Below the pieces are notes generated by a model that saw only the letters and a program-made list of their open reading frames with translations, was not told the DNA's origin and did no database searches. A stretch of DNA of 64,000 nt from Candidatus Heimdallarchaeum endolithica. Its GTDB lineage: Archaea; Asgardarchaeota; Heimdallarchaeia; Heimdallarchaeales; Heimdallarchaeaceae. A program made the position numbers and the translations under genes. Positions 38,169 through 49,042 of this stretch are shown piece by piece. Within the stretch, counting starts at the first letter, position 1, and every line of letters starts with the position of its first letter. Location of the stretch: assembly GCA_021513715.1 (NCBI GenBank), contig CP084167.1:2752001-2816000 (forward strand), in the 5' to 3' direction.

Positions 38169-40025
38169 TTATTCTTCTAAATGTTCAAATTGACTATTGT
38201 ATATTTCTGCATAGAATCCGTTTTTCTCCAATAACTCTTTATGTGTCCCTTGTTCTACAATATCTCCATTTCGCATAACCAATATTAGATCTGCATTCCG
38301 AATTGTTGAAAGTCTGTGTGCTATGATAAAACTTGTTCTGTTTTCCATTAACTTGTCCATTGCTTTTTGAATGAGTAGTTCTGTGTGTGTATCTACTGAA
38401 CTAGTAGCTTCATCTAAAATTAGTATTTTTGGATTTTTTAGAATTGCTCGAGCTATTGTTATTAATTGTTTTTGCCCTTCCGAGATATTTGTTACTTCTT
38501 CATTTATTTCCATATTATAACTACCAGGTAGTGTATCTACAAAATGGTCAACATAAGCAGCTTCAGCTGCCATGACTACCTCTGCATCAGTTGCATCTAG
38601 TCTTCCATATCTGATATTTTCTAGAATAGTTCCACTGAATAACCATGTGTCTTGTAAAACCATTCCAAAGTTTTCTCTTAAATCATGTCTTGTGAGATCT
38701 CTTATATCTTCCCTTTCTAATAGAATCGCTCCGTCATTTACATCATAGAATCTCATAAGCAATTTGACCATGGTTGTTTTCCCAGCTCCTGTAGGGCCAA
38801 CAATAGCGATTTTCATTCCTGGTTTGGCTACTGCGGAGAAGTTGCGGATTATGGTTTTTTCAGGATGATAACCAAACTTCACATTTCTGAATTCTACATG
38901 TCCCTTTACTTCTTCGAGTTTTACTGGATTTGGATTTTCAGCTACTTCTTCTGCCTCACCTAGAAATTCAAAAACTCTTTCTGCAGCTGCTGCAGTTTGT
39001 TGCAAGACATTCGTTATATTTGCGATTTGAGAGATAGGTTGAGTAAATGAACGAACATATTGAATAAATGCTTGTATATCTCCTACTGAAATTGTTCCTT
39101 TTGAAGCAAGCCATCCTCCAGCTATTGTCACTCCTACATAACCCACATTTCCCACAAATCTAGTTAAAGGTATCATTAAACCAGATAAAAATTGAGACTT
39201 CCAAGCTGATTCATATAACCCATCGTTGTATTTTTCGAACTTTTCTTGACTTCTTTTTTCTCCGTTGAAGGCTCGCATTTCAGTATGTCCGCCAAACATT
39301 TCTTCTACATGGCTGTTAACCAAACCCAAACCTTTTTGTTGACCAGCAAAGTGTTTTTGTGACTTCTTGATGATAAATCCAATTACTAATCCTGACAGTG
39401 GGACTACTACAAGAGCAATTAATGTCATTAACCAGCTTATTGTTAACATCATAACTAATATACCAATAACTGTCACTACAGAAGTGATCATCTGTGTTAT
39501 ACTTTGACTTAGGGTTTGATTGATTGCATCTACGTCGTTTGTTAGTCTTGATAGAATCTCTCCTTGAGTGGTAGTATCATAATATTTTAATTCCATTTTA
39601 TTGATTTTTTGTGATATGTCTCTTCTTAATCTATAGGAGATATCTGCGGAAACTTTAGCCATTATCCATCCTTGGATATATGCTAAAACAGCTGATCCGA
39701 CATATAATCCAAGAGTAATAAGAAGAATTTTACTTATATAAGCAAAATCAATTTCTCCTGTTCCTCTTATTTGATTGATTAAACCTTCGAAAAGAGCTGT
39801 GGTCGCTTTACCTAGAATTTTTGGTCCTAATATACTAGCTGTTGTTGAAGCTATTGCGATTATAATAGCTACAATTATGATGGTTTTGTATTTACCAAGA
39901 TAACGTATAAGTTTAATCATAGCTCCTTTGAAGTCCTTTGCTTTGTTTCCTTTATCTATCATGCCCATAGGGCCTCTTGGACGAGGTCCTCGTTGTCTTG
40001 CTGTTGCACTAGGTCCGTGACTCAT
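38169..40025 (-). CDS. Heterodimeric ABC exporter subunit (TM288-like)
   Basis: TMD plus NBD: GPTGAGKTT, ISEGQ, LILDE, AHR. Confidence 0.95.
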   Translation of the reverse strand: MSHGPSATARQRGPRPRGPMGMIDKGNKAKDFKGAMIKLIRYLGKYKTIIIVAIIIAIASTTASILGPKILGKATTALFEGLINQIRGTGEIDFAYISKILLITLGLYVGSAVLAYIQGWIMAKVSADISYRLRRDISQKINKMELKYYDTTTQGEILSRLTNDVDAINQTLSQSITQMITSVVTVIGILVMMLTISWLMTLIALVVVPLSGLVIGFIIKKSQKHFAGQQKGLGLVNSHVEEMFGGHTEMRAFNGEKRSQEKFEKYNDGLYESAWKSQFLSGLMIPLTRFVGNVGYVGVTIAGGWLASKGTISVGDIQAFIQYVRSFTQPISQIANITNVLQQTAAAAERVFEFLGEAEEVAENPNPVKLEEVKGHVEFRNVKFGYHPEKTIIRNFSAVAKPGMKIAIVGPTGAGKTTMVKLLMRFYDVNDGAILLEREDIRDLTRHDLRENFGMVLQDTWLFSGTILENIRYGRLDATDAEVVMAAEAAYVDHFVDTLPGSYNMEINEEVTNISEGQKQLITIARAILKNPKILILDEATSSVDTHTELLIQKAMDKLMENRTSFIIAHRLSTIRNADLILVMRNGDIVEQGTHKELLEKNGFYAEIYNSQFEHLEE

Positions 40026-42280
40026 TTTAATTCCTCCAACTCTAGTTGAGATGTAGCTATAGAACGATACATCTCACATGTCTCCATTAATTCTTCATGT
40101 GTTCCTTTACCGATAATTTTTCCACCGTCTAATACAATAATTAGATCAGAATTTTTTATTGTAGAAATCCTTTGAGAAACAAGAAAAACAGTGCTTTTTC
40201 CAGTCTTTTCTCTTAGTGCTTTTCTGAGCCTAGATTCAGTTTTGAAATCTAAAGCAGAAAAACTATCGTCAAAAATGTATATGGGTGCTCTCTTAACAAG
40301 TGCTCTAGCAATAGCGAGTCTCTGTTTCTGTCCTCCAGAAACATTTGCTCCTTTTTGTGCAATTTCTGTTTTCAATCCCTTGGGTTTAGATTTAACAAAG
40401 TCTATTGCTTGTGCTATTTCTAAGGCTTCATACAATGTTTCTTCTGTTGCGTTTTCATCAGCAAATCGTAAATTACTCTCTATGGTTCCTGAAAATAACG
40501 TTGTTTTTTGGGGAACAAACCCTATTTTATCTCTTAGATCATGTTGTGTTACTTCTCTTATGTCGATTCCATCGATTTTTATAGTTCCTTCAGTTACATC
40601 ATAAAATCTAGGAATAAGGTTAACAATAGTTGACTTTCCTGAACCTGTTGGTCCAATAAAAGCGACTGTTTCTCCAGGATTAGCTGTAAAGGTCACATTT
40701 TCAACTGCACATTTCTTTGCTCCAGGGTATCTAAAACAGACATTACTAAATTCAACTTTTCCTTGAAATGGTTCTGGGAATTTCTTGGGTTGCTCTGGGT
40801 CTTCTATTCTTGGTTCTGTAATAAGAACTTCATTAATTCGTTTTGCTGAAACAACAGCTCTTGGAAGAATAATAAACATCATTGTAAGCATAAGGAAGGA
40901 AATAACAATTTGCATGGCATATTGCATAAATGCCATCATATCTCCCACTTGCATCGCACCATCAGAAACTTGATGGGCTCCTATCCAAATGATACTTATC
41001 ATCATACCATTCATGACTAACATCATAAAAGGCATTAAAATTACCAACAATCTATTAACGAACAAACTAACTGCAGTTAAGTCCCTATTTTCGACATCAA
41101 AACGTTTTTCTTCATATTTTTCGCGGTTAAAAGCTCTGATAACTAGTATTCCTGAAAGATTCTCTCTGGCTACTCTATTTATCCTATCTGTTAACTTCTG
41201 TAATAACTTAAATTTTGGAACAGCAACTAGGAAGATGATTATTATTAGAATCATTAAAAGAGCAACTGCTACTCCAATTAACCACCACATGTTTTTACTT
41301 TTGGCTAAAGCATGAATTATAGCTCCTACTCCAAGGATTGGAGCATAGAAAACCATCCTTATTATCATAAAAGTAACAGTTTGAATTTGTGTAACATCGT
41401 TAGTTGAACGGGTAATTAGTGAAGCAGTGGAAAATGTGTCAAACTCTGATCTAGAAAAGTTTTCTACCTTTTCAAAAAGATCGCTCCTTATGTTTCTAGC
41501 TATTCCTGCAGAAGTTTTAGAGGCAATATATCCTACTCCTATAACACATAAAACAGAAAGAAGTGTAACTCCTAACATTAAAGCTCCTGCTTTTAGGATG
41601 TACATTAGCTGAATTTTGTCAGTGTCTATCCCTATTATTTCATATTCTGCCCTCACAACGAATATTGCAACTTGTTTAAGCATCATTTCTCCTGTTTCCT
41701 TAAATTTATTTGCAATAGCAGAACTAATTAATAGTCTCTGTTCAAGAGGAAGAGTTTTTACCACATCAAACAGGCTTGTTCCTGGGGGAAGTGTAGACGG
41801 ATCAATGCCCAGCATTTCATATATCTCTGTGGCATTTACTACTTGTGAATTGTTTGTAGCTATCTGTTCAAAAACAGTAGAAGTTACAATTGCATTAATT
41901 AATATTCCTTCATATTCTTCTAAGGTTTTTTTCTTTACATTCTCATTCAAAAGATAAATCGACTCATTCTGCAATATTGGATAAGAATCTGTTAACTCTT
42001 GGTAGTCACTTGAATTTTCTGTTACTAGTCTGTAGTCAGAAAGCACTTTTGTTTGATTTTCAGGAGCTACAAATACAAAAATATTTTCCATTTTACTTTG
42101 TCTAATAGCAATTGGAACAGCATATTCTATTCCCCCTTGTTGAATTCCTTTGTCTACAATATCAGACATATAATCTGGGAGAGAAAGCTCTAAATTAGCT
42201 TGTGCAAATAATAATCCAATTGCTATTAGAATGAAAAAAATGTGAGTTTTTACATATTTTAATACACGCATCATTTTCAT
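40022..42280 (-). CDS. Heterodimeric ABC exporter subunit (TM287-like, degenerate site) with large extracytoplasmic insertion
   Basis: GPTGSGKST, VSGGQ, degenerate Walker B IFDD and switch SQR; ATGA overlap with partner. Confidence 0.95.
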   Translation of the reverse strand: MKMMRVLKYVKTHIFFILIAIGLLFAQANLELSLPDYMSDIVDKGIQQGGIEYAVPIAIRQSKMENIFVFVAPENQTKVLSDYRLVTENSSDYQELTDSYPILQNESIYLLNENVKKKTLEEYEGILINAIVTSTVFEQIATNNSQVVNATEIYEMLGIDPSTLPPGTSLFDVVKTLPLEQRLLISSAIANKFKETGEMMLKQVAIFVVRAEYEIIGIDTDKIQLMYILKAGALMLGVTLLSVLCVIGVGYIASKTSAGIARNIRSDLFEKVENFSRSEFDTFSTASLITRSTNDVTQIQTVTFMIIRMVFYAPILGVGAIIHALAKSKNMWWLIGVAVALLMILIIIIFLVAVPKFKLLQKLTDRINRVARENLSGILVIRAFNREKYEEKRFDVENRDLTAVSLFVNRLLVILMPFMMLVMNGMMISIIWIGAHQVSDGAMQVGDMMAFMQYAMQIVISFLMLTMMFIILPRAVVSAKRINEVLITEPRIEDPEQPKKFPEPFQGKVEFSNVCFRYPGAKKCAVENVTFTANPGETVAFIGPTGSGKSTIVNLIPRFYDVTEGTIKIDGIDIREVTQHDLRDKIGFVPQKTTLFSGTIESNLRFADENATEETLYEALEIAQAIDFVKSKPKGLKTEIAQKGANVSGGQKQRLAIARALVKRAPIYIFDDSFSALDFKTESRLRKALREKTGKSTVFLVSQRISTIKNSDLIIVLDGGKIIGKGTHEELMETCEMYRSIATSQLELEELK

Positions 42281-42345
42281 TTTCTCCTTTGTTTATCTTA
42301 TTATTTTCCTAAATCCTATCTTTGTCTAAACCTCTCATTTTTGTT

Positions 42346-42897
42346 TCAAGAAACACTATTGTTCTCAAAAGGTATTGGGACATTTTCTTTTTGAGCTAGT
42401 TCCATAAGGGAAGTAAGACTATTTTTTAGAATTTTCTGAACTTTTTCTGGCGATTTTCTCATTAAAACCATAACCAACATTGAATTTTTTCGAAGTAAAT
42501 TTAATGTGTCTTTTATTTTGTCTGTTGAAATCTGTGCTTCTTCTGGTCTTTCTAGTTTCTCAACATCTTGAAACAATGTGAAAAACTGAGAGAAAGTTTC
42601 TCTCATTCTTTTTTTCATCTTTTTTTTATGTTCTTCAAAAAAGTCTTTTCCTTTATCTGTAATAGAATAGAGTTTTTGAACTCTACCGCTTTCTATCTTT
42701 TCAGTTGCAGAAACAATTCCTGCAAGTTCCATTTTTTTGAGTATATTGTATATAGTAGTTAAACTAGGTTTCCAGTCAAATTTCTCTTCAAATATTGAAG
42801 CAATAGCGTATCCATGTAAAGGTCCTTTTAGCGTTAAATTCATTAAAATAAATGAATCAATCATGTCATTAGGCGAAAAAATAAAGCTCATGAGCAT
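42346..42897 (-). CDS. PadR-family transcriptional regulator
   Basis: GPLHGYAI, PSLTTIYNILKKMELAG, KLYSITDKG; heads the ABC operon. Confidence 0.92.
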   Translation of the reverse strand: MLMSFIFSPNDMIDSFILMNLTLKGPLHGYAIASIFEEKFDWKPSLTTIYNILKKMELAGIVSATEKIESGRVQKLYSITDKGKDFFEEHKKKMKKRMRETFSQFFTLFQDVEKLERPEEAQISTDKIKDTLNLLRKNSMLVMVLMRKSPEKVQKILKNSLTSLMELAQKENVPIPFENNSVS

Positions 42898-43109
42898 ATG
42901 AAAAATATAACATATAAAAAATTTGTGATATCAAAAAAATATAATATTGTTTCTTGTGATTCAAACTTAAATAATTTAGTTGTTGAAAATTAAAAAACTA
43001 CTTTTTGTTGATCATGGAGTCTTTTGGTTTGTTAATGTTGTTCTTAAATATGTTGTATTTCTTAATTTTTTAAAGGGCGCGTTTTTTATAATTTTCTTCT
43101 ATATTTTAC

Positions 43110-43331
43110 TTGACTAAAATGGATGAAATATTACTTAATATTGAAGGAATGACTTGTGGTCATTGTGTGATGACTGTAACTAGAGCTTTGCAAGGAGTTA
43201 CAGGTGTAAAAAAAGTTAAAGTAGATCTAGAAAAAGGAATTGCTAAAGTAAAATTTAATTCCAAAGAAGCAACTATTGAATCTATGATTAATGCTGTTGT
43301 TGAATTTGGTTACAAAGCAACAGCAGTTTGA
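43110..43331 (+). CDS. copZ: Copper chaperone (HMA domain)
   Basis: IEGMTCGHCV; ~70 aa; upstream of copA. Confidence 0.92.
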   Translation: MTKMDEILLNIEGMTCGHCVMTVTRALQGVTGVKKVKVDLEKGIAKVKFNSKEATIESMINAVVEFGYKATAV

Positions 43332-43453
43332 ATTTTTTATATAGACCTTTAGGTACAATGTACAATAGAAGAAGAACTTTTTAAGAAAAATCATTTTTCT
43401 TCTTAAAACTTTAAACAATTATGTTATTATAATTTGAAATAAAGTGGTTACTA

Positions 43454-46018
43454 ATGAAAAATGAAGATACGATAATATTATCTGTTGAAGGGATGACCTG
43501 CTCTTCTTGTGTTTCACGAGTTGAAAAAGCACTAAAAAGTGTACAAGGCGTCAATTCTGCTGAAGTGAACTTACTTAGCCACCAAGCTAAAGTAACTTAC
43601 GATTCTAACTTAGTTTCTCTTGATTTATTGGTTGATGCTGTTTCTTCCAGTGGTTACAAAGCTTCACTTCCATTGAAGGAGGAAAACAAAGTTTCATTAT
43701 CTATTGAAGGGATGACCTGCTCTTCTTGTGTGAATACAATTGAAAAGAATCTGTCAAAATTAGAAGGAATAAAAGATGTTAAAGTCGTTCTTGCTAACAA
43801 TTCTGCAGTGTTAGATGTTGATCCAGAAAAAATTGATTTTGACACTGTTCTCTCTACCGTCAAAGATTTGGGTTATAAAGCTAAAATAATGAAAGAGTCA
43901 GAGCAAGCTCTTTCTTATTCTAAAAATAAGCACCTAGTAGATATGCGTAATAGGTTCTGGCTTAGTTTAATATTCTCTATTCCCGTCTTTATTTTTGCTA
44001 TGGGTCATATGGTGCCTTTCAAAAACTGGTTTCCTGCATTTGCAGAATGGCAAAGAACCTTTTACATTTTTCCTGGAATGCCCTTTAGCATTTTTGTTCA
44101 GTTAATTCTTACTACTCCTGTACAGTTTATCATTTCCTATCCTTTTTATCGTGCAGCATGGAAAAGCATTACTCATAAAAGTGCTTCAATGGATGTTCTT
44201 GTTGTAATTGGTACAACTGCAGCATATCTCTATAGCTTATTTACTATTATTTACAAATACTTTGTTCCTGTGTATGAGGGACAAGTATTCTTTGAGACTT
44301 CTGCTATTTTACTTACATTTATCTTCTTAGGTAAATATTTAGAAGAAGTAACCAAAGGTAGAACATCTGAAGCTATTAAAAAGTTAATTGAGCTCCGCCC
44401 AAAAACTGCAAAAGTTGAACGAGATGGAAAAGAACTAGAAATTCCCGTGGATGATGTGGTTGTTGGTGATATCTGTCTTATTAGACCTGGGGACAGTGTT
44501 CCTGTTGATGGTGTTGTACTTGATGGACAGAGTTATGTTAATGAATCAATGATCACTGGTGAAAGTATTCCTATCTTTAAAGACAAAGGTGATACTGTTA
44601 TTGGTGGTACAATTAACGAAAATGGTTTTATCAAAGTGAAGGCAACTAAAGTTGGTAAAGATACTACTCTGAACCAAATTATTAAAATGGTGGAAAACGC
44701 TCAAACTTCTAAACTTCCTATCCAAAAGTTAGCTGACACAATTTCTAACTACTTTGTACCTGCAGTAATTTTGATTGCCCTGATTGCTTTTGTTACTTGG
44801 TTTACTCTGATTAGTATAGGAGTCGTAAATGTAGATATTTTACCAGCAGGGACTTCAATATTCCTATTCTCTTTCTTAGTTGGTATAGCTGTAATTGTTA
44901 TTTCTTGTCCTTGCGCTTTAGGATTGGCAACACCTACAGCAATAATGGTAGGTACAGGACTAGGTGCACAGAATGGTATTCTGATTAGGACTGGTGAAGC
45001 ACTAGAAAGAGCGAAAAACATAGAAACAATACTTTTAGACAAAACAGGTACAATTACTAAAGGTAATCCTGAGGTAACTGATATTATTCCTTTGAATGAC
45101 ACACTTAATGAAGAAGAGATATTAGCAATTGCAGGTTCTTTAGAACAAGGATCAGAACATTCAATCGCTCAAGCTGTGAGAAATCATGCTTTAGAGAAAG
45201 AACTTGTTTTATCAAAGCTAAAGGATTTTGAAGCTATTCCAGGAAAGGGAGTAACGGCTAATTTACATGATAATCAATATTACTTTGGAAATAGGAGACT
45301 TTTGAACGATTTAAATCTTGAATTAAACCAGTCAACAACTGTGATACTCAATTCTTTAGAGAATGAAGGAAAGACTGCAATGATTTTAGTTGAAAACAAT
45401 ATACCTATAGGTATTGTAGCTATTGCTGATACAATTAAAGATAATTCTCCTGAGGCTATTGATTTAATGAAGAAGATGGGCTTGAATGTCGTTATGGTCA
45501 GTGGAGATAATGAGCGAGCTGCGAAGGCAATAGCTAAATTAGCAGGAATAGAAGAAGTACATGCTGATGTGTTACCTGAAGATAAATTGAAGATTGTAAA
45601 AATTTACCAAGAAAAGGGACATCAAGTAGCTTTTGTTGGTGATGGAATAAATGATGCTCCAGCTTTAGCTCAATCAGATATAGGCATTGCTATTGGATCA
45701 GGGACAGATGTTGCAATAGAAACAGGAGATATAATACTTATAAAAGATGATTTGAGGGATGTAGTAACTGCAATAGATCTAAGTAAAAAAACTATAAGAA
45801 AAGTTAAATTGGGTCTATTCTGGGCATTGTTTTATAATTCCTTGGCTATTCCTATCGCAGCAGGAATACTGTTTATACCATTTGGTTTTGTTCTTCCTGC
45901 CGAAATAGCTGGTCTATCAATGGCAATGTCTTCTGTTTCTGTAGTTCTTAACTCTTTAACATTAAAGCGTTACAAAAATCCTTTTCAGAAAAAAAGTAAA
46001 AGTAAAGCAACACTTTAG
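43454..46018 (+). CDS. copA: Cu(I)-exporting P1B-type ATPase with two HMA domains
   Basis: Two GMTCSSC motifs, TGES, CPC, DKTGT, SEH, GDGINDAP, YN and MAMSS. Confidence 0.97.
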   Translation: MKNEDTIILSVEGMTCSSCVSRVEKALKSVQGVNSAEVNLLSHQAKVTYDSNLVSLDLLVDAVSSSGYKASLPLKEENKVSLSIEGMTCSSCVNTIEKNLSKLEGIKDVKVVLANNSAVLDVDPEKIDFDTVLSTVKDLGYKAKIMKESEQALSYSKNKHLVDMRNRFWLSLIFSIPVFIFAMGHMVPFKNWFPAFAEWQRTFYIFPGMPFSIFVQLILTTPVQFIISYPFYRAAWKSITHKSASMDVLVVIGTTAAYLYSLFTIIYKYFVPVYEGQVFFETSAILLTFIFLGKYLEEVTKGRTSEAIKKLIELRPKTAKVERDGKELEIPVDDVVVGDICLIRPGDSVPVDGVVLDGQSYVNESMITGESIPIFKDKGDTVIGGTINENGFIKVKATKVGKDTTLNQIIKMVENAQTSKLPIQKLADTISNYFVPAVILIALIAFVTWFTLISIGVVNVDILPAGTSIFLFSFLVGIAVIVISCPCALGLATPTAIMVGTGLGAQNGILIRTGEALERAKNIETILLDKTGTITKGNPEVTDIIPLNDTLNEEEILAIAGSLEQGSEHSIAQAVRNHALEKELVLSKLKDFEAIPGKGVTANLHDNQYYFGNRRLLNDLNLELNQSTTVILNSLENEGKTAMILVENNIPIGIVAIADTIKDNSPEAIDLMKKMGLNVVMVSGDNERAAKAIAKLAGIEEVHADVLPEDKLKIVKIYQEKGHQVAFVGDGINDAPALAQSDIGIAIGSGTDVAIETGDIILIKDDLRDVVTAIDLSKKTIRKVKLGLFWALFYNSLAIPIAAGILFIPFGFVLPAEIAGLSMAMSSVSVVLNSLTLKRYKNPFQKKSKSKATL

Positions 46019-46093
46019 TTTTCTCTCTTTTTTCTTAAAATTCTAATAAAAATTGAAAAACCTTTTATTCTACATTTTTATTTTCTCTTTGAA

Positions 46094-46693
46094 TTGAAAC
46101 CTTTAGATAAAAAAGATTTGATAATCCTGGAAGAGTTAATAAAAGATGGTAGAATTTCTCTCTCTGATTTAGCAGAAAAAATTAAACTTTCTGTTCCTGC
46201 TACTGCTACAAGAGTTGAAAAGTTAGTGCATAATGGAATAATTGAGAATTTTACTGTTAATATCGACTTTTCTTTACTTGTTGATGGAAAACCAAATCTT
46301 ATTCTCATTAAAACTGACTTGAAAAAAGCTGAATCTTTAGCAAACACATTATTTAAGGAGCGTTTTATCAAAAAAATTTATTTCACTACAGGAAAATACA
46401 ATTTACTTCTACTGACTCATTATATTACAGATTCGCAGAAATCACAACTTTTGTCTGTTATTCAATCCTTTGATGAAGTTCAGGATATAGACGTATTATG
46501 GCTATATGATGATTTAAAGGCAAAAAGTGAATTAGTAGTAGACGATCTAAAAAGCATGAAGATAATTTGCGATTATTGTAAGAGAGAATTTTCTGGAGAG
46601 ATTTTTAGTAAAGTTATAGGCAATAAAAAGAGATATTTCTGCTGCAATACTTGTTTAACTGAATTTGAAAAAAGATTTGCTAAAGAGGAATAA
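46094..46693 (+). CDS. Lrp/AsnC-type regulator with C-terminal TRASH domain (CopR/CopT-like)
   Basis: LDKKDLIIL..L..DGRIS HTH; CDYC...YFCCNTC; sits in the cop cluster. Confidence 0.9.
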   Translation: MKPLDKKDLIILEELIKDGRISLSDLAEKIKLSVPATATRVEKLVHNGIIENFTVNIDFSLLVDGKPNLILIKTDLKKAESLANTLFKERFIKKIYFTTGKYNLLLLTHYITDSQKSQLLSVIQSFDEVQDIDVLWLYDDLKAKSELVVDDLKSMKIICDYCKREFSGEIFSKVIGNKKRYFCCNTCLTEFEKRFAKEE

Positions 46694-46755
46694 TCTGTTA
46701 TTTTTTATTTACATCATTTTTTATATTCCCATTATTACTAAATTAATGATTAAAT

Positions 46756-47040
46756 ATGATTCAAAAGAATCCATATGATAATTAGGGAAAAGAAGCTTAT
46801 ATTGATAAAGATGGAGCTATTATTGGTATGGGCGCTTTTCTACTTGCAAATTCTTACGTAGGTAAAAGGATTGAGATTCCTGATTTCAGACTTGTTCCTT
46901 CAGATGCAGTGATATTAAACCAGAAACAAGCTGATGATCTACATTCTGTTCCTGATGAACTGGAGAAATTAAGAAAGGAAATCGTTCTGCATAATATGAG
47001 ACACTGCCAACAGTACTTATCCAAAAGATATTGGTACTAA
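46756..47040 (+). pseudogene. Relic of a gamma-class carbonic anhydrase (Cam-like) C-terminus
   Basis: IIGMGAFLL.NS.VG..IEIPDFRLVPSDAVILNQKQADDL..V.....EIVLHN parallels the Cam C-terminus as I recall it (IGMQAF..IPDGRYIP..VVTSQAEADKLPEV..VVYVN). In-frame TAG at 46783; most of the beta-helix is missing. Confidence 0.6.
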
Positions 47041-47150
47041 ACATATTCCCTTTGTAATATCTGTTTCATTGTTTTATCTTATTTTTATTAGAGATTATTA
47101 GATTAAAAAAATTCTTTATCTATTGCATAAGTTTATTTTTGTAAAAATAA

Positions 47151-48788
47151 GTGTTCTCAAGAATGAGTATGAATCGAATTACTGCAAAAAAAGTTTTTTC
47201 TGTTTCATTATCTGATATTGAATGCATTTCTGACCAAGAAAAGATACTATCAAGTTACTCTCTTTACTTAATCGACGAATCAAAGATGGAAGGTGGAAAA
47301 AGTGATCTTCTCTTTTTTCCCAAAAGTGAAGATGAAGTAATTTCTATTATATCTAATCTTTATGAAAAGAGAATTCCTTTTACTATACAAGGAGGGAGAA
47401 CAGGTATTGTTGGTGGAGCAATTCCACTAACTGGGGCGCTAATTATCTTTGATCTTATGAATAATATTCTTGATTTAGGTTTTGATGAGCAAAGGAAAAA
47501 ATGGTTTGTTAAATTACAACCAGGGGTTACACTTGATGAACTTAATTCTTTTCTAAAATATAAAGATGTAAAGAAGCTTATGAATTACGATGAAAACTCT
47601 GATATACTGAAATCCCTCTTAAATCTCCAAAATAGAATTTATTATCCTGTTGACCCTACAGAAAGCTCCGCTATGATTGGAGGGACTGTAGCAGCTAACG
47701 CTTCTGGAGCTAGAAGTTTCAAGTATGGAGCTACTAGAAATTGGGTGAAAAGGTTACATGTAGTTCTTCCAAATGGTTATCTTCTAGATATTCCTCGTGG
47801 GAAGTATTTTGAAGAGAATAACGAGTTTATTATTATATGTGATGAAGAAGAGATACATATTCCTTTGCCTACCTATGAAATGCCTAAATGTAAAAATGCT
47901 GCAGGATATTATTATAAGAAAGGAATGGATCTTATAGATTTGTTTATAGGCTCAGAGGGAACTTTAGGTGTTATTACAGAAATTGAACTATGGTTGGAAG
48001 ATATGCCTTCTATCTTGGAAAATATTTTATTTTTCGATACAGAAGAAAGTGCAATTGATTTTGTTGTAAAATTGAGAGAAGATAAAAGGATTCACCCTGA
48101 ATATATTGAATTTATGGATAAAAATTGTATAAATTTGCTGAGGCTTAATGAGAAGAAGTATCCTGAATTAAATATTAAGTCTATAAGAGATAGTGCTCAA
48201 GCTGCTATATCTTTTGGTATTCAATTTCAAGAGGATACATTGGAGCAGTTATTTGATGTTTTAGATGAGTTGACCTTGAGTTGTAATAGTTCTTTGGATG
48301 ACGGATGGTGTGCTGAAACAGAAAGTGAACAGATAATGTTTCACAAACTTAGACATGCAGTACCAGAAATAGTTAATTCGATTATCGCAAAAAGAAAAAA
48401 TGATTATCCGATGTTACATAAACTAGGAACAGATATGGCTGTTAATAATCAACATTTTAAAGAGCTAATGAACTATTATCATTCGCTTCTGAACAACAAT
48501 AAATTGGAATATGCTATTTGGGGTCATATAGGGGATAATCATGTTCATGTTAATATTCTACCGAGAAACATGGATGAACTCAAAATAGGCAAAGAGTTAT
48601 ACTTACAATTTGCTATGAAAGTAGTTAGCTTAAGAGGAACTGTTTCAGCAGAACATGGGATAGGAAAAATAAAGAAAGCGTATCTGAAATTGATGTTTGG
48701 GGATAAGGGAATAAAAGAAATGATCAGAGTAAAAAAGTCTATTGACAAGTATTGGTTATTAAATAAAGGTAATATGTTTGACAATTGA
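47151..48788 (+). CDS. FAD-linked oxidase, GlcD/D-lactate dehydrogenase family
   Basis: QGGRTG, PVDPTE, IGGTVAANASG, GSEGTLG, GHIGDNHVH, SAEHGIG. Confidence 0.92.
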   Translation: MFSRMSMNRITAKKVFSVSLSDIECISDQEKILSSYSLYLIDESKMEGGKSDLLFFPKSEDEVISIISNLYEKRIPFTIQGGRTGIVGGAIPLTGALIIFDLMNNILDLGFDEQRKKWFVKLQPGVTLDELNSFLKYKDVKKLMNYDENSDILKSLLNLQNRIYYPVDPTESSAMIGGTVAANASGARSFKYGATRNWVKRLHVVLPNGYLLDIPRGKYFEENNEFIIICDEEEIHIPLPTYEMPKCKNAAGYYYKKGMDLIDLFIGSEGTLGVITEIELWLEDMPSILENILFFDTEESAIDFVVKLREDKRIHPEYIEFMDKNCINLLRLNEKKYPELNIKSIRDSAQAAISFGIQFQEDTLEQLFDVLDELTLSCNSSLDDGWCAETESEQIMFHKLRHAVPEIVNSIIAKRKNDYPMLHKLGTDMAVNNQHFKELMNYYHSLLNNNKLEYAIWGHIGDNHVHVNILPRNMDELKIGKELYLQFAMKVVSLRGTVSAEHGIGKIKKAYLKLMFGDKGIKEMIRVKKSIDKYWLLNKGNMFDN

Positions 48789-49042
48789 TTTTTTCTTTTT
48801 TCTAATTTCTTTGTTTATTTTTGTTATTTTTAATTCATTAGTTTTTTATACTAGTGAGAACAGATTAGTGTTTGAAGAGTTTTTATGTTAAAAAACCCCT
48901 TTTATTTTATCAATAACAATTTTATTGCTTCTTTTAAACACTAAAGTATTATCTGTTTCTATTTTTGATGTTGGAGTAATGGTTTTATTGAAGCAAGTTT
49001 TAAGAAAAAGAAAATAGGTCTTCTTCTTTTTTTCTAATAATA

